A DNA stretch of 58,090 nt, filler included, from Jimgerdemannia flammicorona (Eukaryota): NCBI GenBank assembly GCA_003990765.1. It is 3 parts of 3 records of this genome, joined end to end, with 100 filler letters (N's around TTAATTAATTAA, not from the genome) between each part and the next. Parts side by side here need not be neighbours in the genome. Positions count along the whole stretch, not along the records: positions 1 to 19,298 come from RBNJ01001975.1; positions 19,399 to 38,696 come from RBNJ01001976.1; 1 more part is not named here. One strand, 5' to 3'. Below, piece after piece: positions 12,066 to 22,270 of this stretch. The notes under the pieces were generated by a model, which worked only from the letters and a program-made list of their open reading frames with translations, made no database searches and was not told where the DNA came from. Position numbers and translations under genes: made by a program. Within the stretch, counting starts at the first letter, position 1. Every line of letters begins with the position of its first letter.

Positions 12066-14593
12066 AATCTTTGGTAACATCACCCTTTCCTTTATTCCCT
12101 CTCTTTTCTTTGTTCTTTTTCTTTGTTCTTTTTCTTTGTTCTTTCCTGCCACATCATGAGCAAACAAAACAGCAGCCCTTAATTCGTACATTAGTCCAGT
12201 CTACTCATTTTTCACCCTGCAATGATCATCAAAAGAGGGAGTATTCGAGGTAGAAACACACTCTCTGCTGACAATGTTAGATTCTTTCTCATATAGACAG
12301 CACACAAGCTGCTCATTGAGAGCCAAAGGGGCAATGGCAGTGGTGATGGCAATGGCAATGGCAATGGCAGAGATGAGGGTGAATTCTGGCAACAACTTAT
12401 GGCAGTTCTTCAGACCTTAGAATTCACAGACCTCACAGCTATGTATGTGGCAGCCTTTTTGGAGTAACTGGTAGTAGATATAGGTTGCTCTTTTCTGCTA
12501 CTACTTTTTACTTGTTTAAATTCCCCCAGTATAACTCGATTCACCTCATGCTCTTCTTAGGGTCTACAGCTCTATGGCAAGATCTGCCGACTTTATTCAC
12601 AACATCTGGTCAAGATGAAGAAAGGTTGGAGGATGTTGCAGGGCATGCCTTTGGTGGCTGAGCTATTGAGTCAATGCATTGTGTGGTGGAGGTCTCAAAA
12701 GGAACAGAAGCAAGCCTTCATGAGCAATCTTGTGCAACTTATGCAACTCATTGGCATGCAACTCATCAGCATGCAGCTCACTTACTCACTCACTCACTCA
12801 TGCTCTTTTTCTGAAATACTCATTTCCATGTTTTATTTAATTTCATTTTTTATGTGATCTCTCTCTAAAAAACACCCACACTTGTATGCAACCCGCCTGT
12901 ATGCAACCTGTCCATATGCAACCCATCCACATGTAACCTGTCCACATGCAATCCATCTGCACACTTATCTTGGCCCCTCAGATCAGGGCTCAGTTCCATT
13001 GGAAAGGAGAGTTCAAAGTTATCCAAGTTCAACCACATCCAGTGTCTGATTAAATAGAGAAGTTCAAGGGCAAGATGTTCAGTATGAGCAGTACCAGCAT
13101 CATCATCAAGGCTTGGGGGTCTACATTCGAATCAGAGCCAATTGTTCTTGACCAAGGGGTCTATTGGCCAGCAGGAGTAATTAATGATGAAGAGAACCAT
13201 ATCTTTATTAATGAATACAGAGAGGTGGTTGTGATGGTGGTAAGGTACCTCTACAGTGATGAGCTTCGCTGCCACATCAACAAGATTTGTGAGAATTGCA
13301 TCAAATACCAGGTGGCAGAAAAGAGGGGGCAAAAAAGTAAGGAGGGGGGGGTTTGGATGGGAATTGGGTATACTGCAATACTGGTGAAGGGTGGGTTCTG
13401 GAGTTCTGAAATCCCCTGTACTCATCTCCCTTTTTTTTTACTCTTCCCCAGATTAATCACACTCTTCACTGATATACTCTTTACCAATATACTCTTTTTG
13501 ATATAAATCTAGAGATGCACAAGATTCTGTACCCCTACCAGAACTTTAGAAGTGCTGTTGAAGAGCAAACTGCATGTGAGCATGATACAGCCTGTGCAGC
13601 GATGGCAGCTATGATCTGGGGTTCTTTGAGCAGATTGGTAGAGCATATGGCAGACCAGCTTGGTGGTGATCTCAGCATGGCTGTATATACATTCTTGGTG
13701 TAATTTAGCATGCCATATGAGGTGAAGAGCTCTGCTTTTTTGGGGTGCTATAGCCTGGGGGGTTTCTGTAGCCCAGGGGGTTTCTGTAGCCCAGGGGGTT
13801 TCTGCCCCCCTACATGTAAAAAGGACTGACTGGTTGCTATCCATTTTGGCAGATTTCCAAGCCAGGGCTCCTGGGGCTGGACCAAGGGCAGGCATACACC
13901 AGCACAGCCTAGTAGTATAAGGTCCTGGGCCAAGGGTTCACCCAACCATACACTCACATCACATCAAGATATGTTGGGCACAACCTTTCTCTGCCCACAC
14001 ACACAGATAACAATGTTACCCCAGTAATGTTTTACATCCTGGAAAGGAAGGGCCCAACCTGGAAGGATAGCAGTAGAGTCTAGTATGACCTCATCTATGG
14101 TTTCAGAGTCCCATTTGCAGCCAACATGGCCATCCTCTTCCAACCACATGACCACCACAGTACTGTCACCTTCGAGGAGAGCTCAGATACAACAGTCATC
14201 ACACTCACAATAGATGACAGGCTCATTAAGGCCTGGGACCAGTAGGTAGAGCAGTTTTTGTGAGGGTTAGGTAATCTTTTGCAAGGGATAGGCAGTCTTT
14301 CATGAGGGTTAGGTAGTTATTTTGTGTGGGTTGGGTAGTCTTATGTGGGGGGTTGGACTGGGTGCCTCTTCTGTAGTACTAGCTTAGCCATTATGCAGGG
14401 CCCTACCAGCCCCTTGGCTCTGCTCTGTAGTGCTGCTGGTGCAGTGCTGCAGCACAGGGCCAGGGCGCCCATGGGACCTGAACCAGTGATGGGGCCCGAA
14501 TCTGTGGTGGACTTCAACTGCCAGAAACGCCCTCTGACTACCAGAAGCACCCTCTGACCACCAGAAGCATCCTCTGCCCCAGACTCCTTGGCA

Positions 14594-15215
14594 GCTTGGG
14601 GCTGCCCCCTATACCGCTGGCAGAGGGCCACAAATTTTGCGTGCTCCCTCTGCCTGCCCTGTCCATCCCAGACACTTGTGGCTTGGGGCTTCCCTTTGCT
14701 GCTGGCAGAGGGCTGTAAATTTTGTGTACTCCCTTACCAACTCTGCACCCACCAACCCTGCTAACTGACCCCACCCACTGACCCAGGTGCTGACAGCTTG
14801 GGGCTGTCCCTCACTGCTGGCAGAGGGCCACAAATTTTGCGCACTCCCTCCACCTGCCCCACCTGTCCCATACACTTGTGGCTTAGGGCTGCCCCTTGCT
14901 GCTGGCGGAGGGCTGCAAATTTTGCATGCTCTCTCTGCCAACCCCATGCTCACCAATCCCGCTGACTGACTCTGCCCACTGACCCAGGCACTGACAGCTC
15001 GGGGCTGCCCCTCACTGCTGGTGGAGGGCTACAAGTTTTGCATGCTCCCTTTACCAACCCCTCTGACTAGAACACTTGTGGCTTGGGGCTGCTCCTTGCT
15101 GCTAGCAGAGGGCTGCAAATTTTGTATACTCCCTCTGCCCACCTGCCCACTGACCTGGGCACTGACAGCTTGGAGCTACCCCTTGCTGCTGGTAGAGGGC
15201 TGCAAACACTGCGCA
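14594..15215. repeat. GC-rich array, ~7 copies of a ~45-bp core with ~85 and ~116-bp periods
   Basis: Core GCTTGGGGCTGCCCC..TGCTGGCAGAGGGC..CAAATTTTG near 14594, 14681, 14797, 14881, 14997, 15081 and 15167. Confidence 0.8.
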
Positions 15216-15399
15216 CTCCCTCCACCACTGCCACCAACCCTGCCAACTGCTGCCCACTTGGGCTATAAACTCCAGGCTAAGTTCTCAGGGTTTTTTATCT
15301 TTTTATTATTTTTGAAAGGTATTAAATATTCCACAAGGCCAACCAACTTATCTGTGAACCCCAGGACCTGCTGAATTTTAGCAGCTTGAGCCCCACTAA

Positions 15400-17960
15400 G
15401 ACATCAGATACATATATATCTGGATTGTCTCAGTATTCAGCACATACCTCTTTGGGGCAATGAGGTCCACTCTACCTGAGAACACCTGCTTGATGGGAGC
15501 ACTGGAGGCAGGAATCACTAGGTAGTCCTGAGCCATACCACATAGGCTGGGGAAGTCTGTTTGATGCAGCTGCATGCCCCGGTGGATAGAGTGGTGGTTA
15601 GATTGATGGGTTAAATTGGCCCAATACCCACCTGATAATACCCACCTAACAACCTACTACCTGACAACCCACCTTCCACTAGTTGAGTACCTCCATACTC
15701 TCCAGCAGGATCATACAGTCACTGGCAAGGTAAATGGTAAGTTTGTCTATTGATGGCAGCCCCTCCACTGATGGCTCCCTCTTCCTCTTTCTGCTGAAGT
15801 AAATGTGGGACAGGAGGAATCTCTCAGTATATTCATCCAGACTTCAGCCGGAAACTTGCAGCAGTACATAGTTTTTCTGGTACACTTCGATTACAGTCTG
15901 CTTGGTTCTCTCAATGAAGTGCTGCTCCTAGCCCTTATTGTAGCTTTAAGCATAGGTCCAGCACTGTTCAAAGAAGAGGAGAGAGTGAGCTTTTGCTGGG
16001 GTTTCTCTGTTTTGGAAGGGGCAATGGCCATACACTGACATTGACATACCTGTACTGATTGAGTATACAGCAGTATCTGTTTGGAAGTAGTACTTTCTGA
16101 GCTTACTAAGAGCAACCTCTATGGTGTCTCTCTGATCTGGGCTCAACCGTAAATCACTGCAACCCTCTAGCCTGTCCTCGAGCTTGTCCTCTAGCCAGTC
16201 AATCAGAAGGTTATATACTGGTATTGCTGAGCTTATTGTCAGGGTTATTTATTTGACTATATTTTTCATACAATTGTCGAAACACTGGCAGTTATATATG
16301 GTGAGGTGTTGTATTGTGCAGAGGTAGACAAAACAAGTATGGAGGCTGACAAAATGAGTGTGGAGTCAGAGCAATCACTACTTACTTCTAAAACTCTGAC
16401 AACATTCCTAAGTACATCTCACTCACTTTCATCTAGAGCCTCGGCCTGTATTTCCTTGTTGGCAGCCACTGTTGAATCAATTGGATTTTTTTTTTTTTTT
16501 TTTAAAATAAATCATCCAAAACAAGTTGCTTCAGCTGACTGAAGAAAAAAAGGATATATACTATAGCAAACTCCAGTGTGCACTGGATCATTGCAAATGT
16601 TGAGTTCCAATGCATACAGATGTCCAATATAAGCTCTTTTGGGGCTAAACTGATTACTCTACACTACATAGCGAATTTGTCTCATTATTGTGAGGATGAT
16701 CAGACTGATACAACCAGGTTGTGCAGCTTGGAAATTATACTCAGAGCCCCTCCTCTCTCAGATATTTTGTCTATGTGTGTAAGATAGTCCTGAATAGCAA
16801 GGTTCAGTATATGGGCCTGGCATTGCATATGGCAGCTTTCTGCACCAAAGGCCATGTTTTTCTATTTGAGGCTGGCCACTAAAACTTTGAAAAATGTTGA
16901 GTTGTTTGTGGCATTATCTATCATAATGGTCAAAATCTATACTTAAAATATTCAGTTGGCAAATTTATGTAAAAATAAATAATCAATAAAATCTAGTTTA
17001 TTTTAGGACCTCCCTCAAAACACCAACCTGACAGCAAGCCCCCCTTTTTTACCTTGGTTATGATCCCAAGCTCCTGGATACAACTAATAAAAGCATCTGT
17101 GATATTGTCTCCAGAATGAGGGCCAGCAAGTTTGACAAAGTCAAGGGTGAGAGATTTAAGCTATCAATTGAGGTCAATCCAATGACTAGTAATGCCCAGA
17201 AACGAAATTGCATTGGGGGATGTCCATGTGTCGATTATAAACGAAATTTTGCCTGCCGAATTCTGCTTATTGAATGTGAGGTTAAATTGGTGAGCTCTTT
17301 TATATAATTCAGCTTGCAAAGGTCATGGTGCTGTCCTTATTTTACCTGAAGTGTCTGGCAGAGATTGTCATGCTCCTTCCTATAGGCCTCCAGAACATCT
17401 TTATGAATAGTATCGGTATTTGGCAAATATAAATCATGCTTGAGGAGACCAAAGATGCTATGCAATTGATCACTCTTGATGGTTGTGAATGGTTGGTCTG
17501 TGCACACAATCCAGCGAATGAGCTGATTTCGAAATTCTGCCAAAGAGTATGACTAAATATTTTTGATTAAATGGTATTATTGGTATAGAAATGGTCAGAC
17601 AATCAGATAAACGTACTCACTATAGCTTAGATGTTGATTTTATTTGTCTTCATATTCTTTTTGATTTTGTCAGAGTACTTGTCTTTTATGTGTTGATTCA
17701 TATTCAAAGTCATACCCCTAAGCATTTTGAACTTCTGGCTGGTGTAGTTTATGGGGGTAGATGAAACAATATCATATATATGTCAAAACAAACAAAAAGT
17801 GTCAATAGGTGCATCTTAATTTTTTACCTACAATAATTACAAACAATATCATCTCCTATCTTAGCACAATGTTACCAGATTTTAGAGCAAGAATTGCATG
17901 GAAGGTATGGAACTATCAGGGATGTTTGACTTGAAGCATCATCAGTACTGTGAGCTGTTG
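15400..17960 (-). pseudogene. Intron-containing hAT transposase (BED finger, DDE core, dimerization domain), degraded
   Basis: Minus-strand motifs SKIW*H..VCNYC, WIVCTDQPF, DTWTSPN..FLGITSHW, IDNATNN, CQAHILNL, HWNSTF, KLRKYY and DFPSL..MAQDYLVIPASSAPIKQVFS. Confidence 0.88.
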
Positions 17961-18079
17961 AAGACTGATCTGTTGACATATGTGTTTGTATGTTTGTGTA
18001 TGTATGTGTATATATATATGTGTATTATATATGTGTATGTATATATTGTGTTGTAGATACATCCAGCATATGAGTCATG

Positions 18080-18300
18080 TGGAGGATTTGGATTAGAGGA
18101 TTTGGATTGGGTGATTCAGATTGAGTGATTTGGATTAAGTAATTCAAATTGAGTGATTCAGATTGGGGTGGTTCAGATGGGTGATTCAGATGGGGCAATT
18201 TGGATAGGGTGATTCAGATTAATCTGAGTTGATTCAGATGGCTTCAGATTTGAGATTCAGATCAAACTGTCATGTGATGAATTAAATCCGGATTTAATTT
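18080..18300. repeat. hAT right subterminal repeat array (GATTCAGATTGGGT-like)
   Basis: Tandem ~14-bp GATTCAGAT/GGATTGG units next to the TIR. Confidence 0.8.
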
Positions 18301-18323
18301 GAATTGACTTGTTCAAAGCACTA

Positions 18324-18666
18324 CTTACTAGACTCTGTCATAGGCCTTCTCCTGGTCTAAGAAAACCAGTCATCTATCTACCCCAGCAGTGTATGTACCC
18401 TCAATGATACTATATACCCAGACTATCTTATCTCTAATTAGATAACCTCCTACAAATCCTTTCTACTCAGTCTCCAGAACCTGTTGAGCCACTCTCTGCA
18501 GCCTAGCCACTAGTATCTTTATAACCAGTTTGTGATCCATATCTAGAAGTATGATCAGCCTTCAGTTTTTCTACTCCTCTCTCCTCTTCTTATTCTTAAA
18601 TAGCAGAGCTATAAGGCCTAAGCTTGGCCCTCTAATTTATGCTCTATAGCCTATCACTTCATCACA
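18324..18666 (-). mobile_element. 5'-truncated end of the older LINE (RT region)
   Basis: VFLDQEKAYDRV reads across the hAT insertion site. Ends at TSD AGTTTGCTGTA. Confidence 0.85.
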
Positions 18667-19100
18667 AGTTTGCTGTATCTATAAAGACATAGTAAGAGGG
18701 AGACAATAGTATTAAGTGGCCTCTTTTTTTAGTATCAGATCAGTGTCTTCTCTACTTTTTTATAGTTTCTGGTATCTTTGGCTATATCTGGAGTATATTT
18801 ATTTTGATACAGCACCTTCTTCCTTTTGCTATTATCAATGAGATATCATCTGATATATTATGGGCTATATATAGAGTTGGCTGACCTTGGGTATCAAGTA
18901 CTAGTATAGGTTATCTATAGATCTCTAGTATCTGTGGTAGGACCCTCTGAGCTTTGGTGAGCTTCTTAGCAAATATGGCTCTGACATAGGTGACTGCTTT
19001 TTGGGTAGAGTTAGGATGAGAAGAGAGATGGCTATTACAGATAAGAGGAAGAGCAATTATAGTAGACCAGTAGGGTGCTAGACTGGGGGTGGTCATTGGG
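18667..19100 (+). mobile_element. Retroposon C, middle part, interrupted by a young LINE
   Basis: Colinear with ~54060-54495 and with the reverse complement of ~21600-22030. Confidence 0.85.
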
Positions 19101-19298
19101 CATCTCTCTCCACTACAATTCACGTTACACACACTTTTCGACACACTTTCGAAGCTTTTATTGGAGAAAGATACTAAGGCAATGTCAACCAGCAAGCAAG
19201 CCGACACGCGTACTAGGTCGGGTGGACCTGGGGCCTTCGACTGGCAGACTGTCGGGAGAGGGTATGGATTGGGGATGGGGTCCTTCGGTGGCTCGAGT
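19101..19298 (+). mobile_element. 5' end of a young L1/Tx1-like LINE (ORF1 ATG at 19182)
   Basis: CpG-rich. MSTSKQADTRTRSGGPGAFDWQTVGR matches the ORF1 N-terminus at 40947 (GAFCWQQVGR). Cut by the contig end. Confidence 0.75.
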
Positions 19299-19398
19299 NN
19301 NNNNNNNNNNNNNNNNNNNNNNNNNNNNNNNNNNNNNNNNNNTTAATTAATTAANNNNNNNNNNNNNNNNNNNNNNNNNNNNNNNNNNNNNNNNNNNN
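19299..19398. other. Artificial contig spacer
   Basis: N44 + TTAATTAATTAA (stops in all six frames) + N44. Confidence 0.97.
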
Positions 19399-19594
19399 GG
19401 TAAGGTTCCATTTGTGTAGATCTTGTGTTCCGTGACTTCGTATTGACTCAGCTTTGTGCGCTGTGACTTCGGTTTGACTCAGCTTCGTGATTGAGCAGGT
19501 GATTTCCAGATTTGTTTGGAGGTCGCGCGTGATTTCAGTGGCTTGTTCGGAGGGTGATGTGTGATTTCGGTGGCTTGGAGGTTGTGCGCTTACA
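19399..19594 (-). mobile_element. Family B LTR terminus, young CpG-retaining copy
   Basis: Colinear with 24150-24346 and ends ...GCTTACA. Retains CpGs lost in the other copies. Confidence 0.85.
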
Positions 19595-22270
19595 CTTCTC
19601 TTCCTCTCCAGTTTGGTCTCTGTATACTTGGGTTTGCTTAGCATCAAAGTAAACAGAATTAGTTATATGTATATCTGATTTTGGATGGACTTAATTCAAA
19701 GTCAAGTTCTGGTTTGATATTAGTTTCTGGTTCAGGTAGGGCTGTAGCTGGACCTGCTTCTGGTTCAGGGTCAGATTGTTGATGAAGAGTTTCTCTTGCT
19801 TCTTCCTTAAGAATATGGTGGGCCTTACTGTTCTGGAATTGATAATATAATATAGTCTTGGTCCTAGTATAGTGAAAGTCAGTAGAGTTGAGCCACTTGG
19901 CTATAGAGACTTAGGCTTTGTGAGAAACTAAGGCTAGAAAGACTGCTGCTGGTTATCCTAGGTCACTCGGATTTATAGAGCTGATAAAACTCTTGTTGAG
20001 AAGAGTAAAGAAGGCTTCTATAAGACCTTCTTTATCTTAACTTACTGGGTGTAGAGCAAGGAGTTTGGTGAATAGAGTTTCACCTATTTGCTGATTTAAT
20101 TGGAGTACTTCTTTCTTTAAATGAAGTTTGTCTCACTTATTATAGGTATAGAGGTCAAATTGTCCTTGTACATTAGGTTCAATTCTCTCCAGATTGTCAG
20201 ATGATTCAGGATAAATTCTAGTTCAGAGGTTGGGCCCTATACCAACTTATAGGAATTCTCAGAAGGGTTTGTAGTGGGGTAAGGAAGCATCTTGAAGTAG
20301 AATTGGATTGTAAACCACTGCTACCAAGTTGTAAGAGGGTTGCTTTTTTAGAGTAACCATTATATAATTCTGGAAGGATTTTCTAGAAGTTCTAGATATT
20401 CTGGAAGACTGTTTTCTTAAGGTCAAGATCAATTTCATATAGAGTATATCCTCTATGCTTATTGATTTCAAGATTGAGTAGATGTCTGAACCAAAGTCCT
20501 TTTTCGGACTAGTTCTGGATGTTTAGGATTTTTCATATTTTAGGAAGTTTAAGAAACTAAGACTAGCTTAGTTGAATTGGCATATCACTATAGACAATAC
20601 TCAATTAGGAAATTTTGTAATGGGGTTAGAAGTGGGATCTAACAGGGAGCAGATTTACTTAAGAGTGGGTTATTAATATAGATTTATTTACTATTCATAA
20701 TATTGCTATACTAGGAGTAGTTGTGTGAAGAGATATTGTAGAGAAGTACTCAGGAGTTGTGTTTGGATTATTCAGGTCTTCAAGTCTGAGATTCTGAGGT
20801 CTGGGAGAGGGGGTATTTATACTAGTAAGGGGCTATCTAGACTATGCTAGATATAGATATAGCACTTAGTACCTTGCTGAGTCAGAATGTAGTCATATAG
20901 TACAAATGTAATCTGATATATCAAGAGATCATCTAACTGCTGAGTCAGTTCATAGTTATTTTTTATTTAATGGACTCTATGTCCTATGGATTTTTATTGG
21001 AAGGGAACCTAGACTATATAGGCCAAAACCCTCTCCCACCACCCATCAAGCACTGCCCCCCCATTAACCTAGGCTAGCTATTGTCCATGCCAGGTGCAGC
21101 AGGGCAAAGAAGCCTGCACCTCATTCTGTATACCATGCTCTCCCTACTACCAGGAAAAACCCAGCCATATACTAATGACCAAAAGCACATATCTGAGAAC
21201 CCAATATATATATAAGACCACACCCGAGTTAAATAGAATAGCCCCTGCCACCTCAAAGAGAATGACAGGCAAAGAAAAAACCCTCATCAAAGCACAACAT
21301 AGTGGGTAGGGCCTGGTTCTCCTAGTTGAGGTAAGTAGAGAACTTACATGTGAGGTAGGAGGAGACCTCCAATACCCCACTACTCAAGCCTGTGGGCCTC
21401 GATCACATTGCCATATCAGCTCTCAGTTCCAGTTGAGTGCAGCCAAGATGCCTGAAATGGGTAGCCTTGGGCCCTCTGACCCCCCCTGATGACTAGGGCC
21501 TAACCCATCAACCTGCCAAAAGAAGCTGAGAGTGATATCTACTATCTAACCATACTGCACCAATCAAAAGGCCCCACCAAAGCAGTACCTGCCCCAGCCC
21601 TGATGACTGCCCCCAGCCTGGCACCCTACTGGTTTACTGTTATCACCCTTCTTCCTATCTGTGACAGCCATCTCTCCTCCCATTCCAATAATACCCGAAA
21701 AGCAGTCACCTATATCAGAACCATGCTCATCAGAAAGCTCGCCAAAGCCAGAGGGCTCCACTACAGATACCAAGGACCTGCAGGTAACCTACACTGAGCA
21801 CTTGACACCCAAGGTTGGCTGACTCCCTATGTAGCCTGAGATACACCAAGACAGTATCTTATTGATGATGGCAAAAGGAAGAAGATACTGTACCAAAACA
21901 GATGTACTCCAGATGCAGCCAAAGGCACCAGAAACTATGAAAAAGTAGAGAAGACACCAATCCAACACTGATAAAGGGGCAACTTAACACCATTGCCCTC
22001 CTCCCACTATGCCCTTGTAGATATAGCAAACCAACCCAAGGTAGAGGGGATAATAATAGGGGAAAGGGGACTCAGAAGATTGCCTACCAAACCTTGTGAC
22101 CAGTAAGGTAGTGGAGAAAGAAGTGGTCAGTTCACAGTCATGTCGTATAAGGCTAATCTAACTATACTATGACTGCTAAGCTATTTATAGATTTAGATGC
22201 TGTCTGGGTAGTCTTTAATGACATCACTATCAATGACATTATCTCTGATAAAGTAGTCATCTAGAAAGAG
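19595..22270 (-). mobile_element. Family B element B1: partial 5' LTR (20330-22270, containing retroposon C), PBS and start of internal ORF
   Basis: On the minus strand the LTR end ...CTCTTACA is followed by ACTTGGTAGCAG (PBS-like). The LTR sequence resumes after C at 22126 and is cut again at 22271. Confidence 0.75.
20959..22125 (-). mobile_element. Retroposon C, full-length copy (1167 bp)
   Basis: 15-bp TSD GTCAGTTCA(T/C)AGT(T/C)A at 20944-20958 / 22126-22140, A-rich tail after AATAAA, no RT or EN motifs. Confidence 0.85.

Larger units (their letters stand above)
11859..18323 (-). mobile_element. Complete hAT-superfamily DNA transposon (6.5 kb)
   Basis: 8-bp TSD CTTACTAG (11851-11858 / 18324-18331), TIRs TAGTGCT(C/T)T(A/G)AA, subterminal repeat arrays at both ends, and a hAT transposase relic. 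Confidence 0.92.

Noticed and set aside
14594..15215. CRISPR-like repeat-spacer appearance
   Set aside because: The intervening segments are related to each other, the repeats are degenerate, there are no cas genes, and the context is a eukaryotic transposon.
15572..15690. Possible ~110-bp MITE with loose inverted ends
   Set aside because: It coincides with a GT-AG intron of the hAT transposase (VLN*WK | LHQTDFP) and no TSD was found.
17975..18050. (TG/TA)n microsatellite-like tract
   Set aside because: Simple low-complexity sequence upstream of the transposase with nothing further to support.
19343..19354. TTAATTAATTAA as a piggyBac TTAA site or regulatory motif
   Set aside because: It is embedded in N runs and is a standard linker.
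19399..20960. Miniature TRIM/LARD-like element with a 735-bp interior and a purine tract before 19594
   Set aside because: The two LTR pieces differ strongly in CpG erosion, and the purine run differs from the B2 PPT and reads as coding (GEEEK). A later nested insertion fits better.
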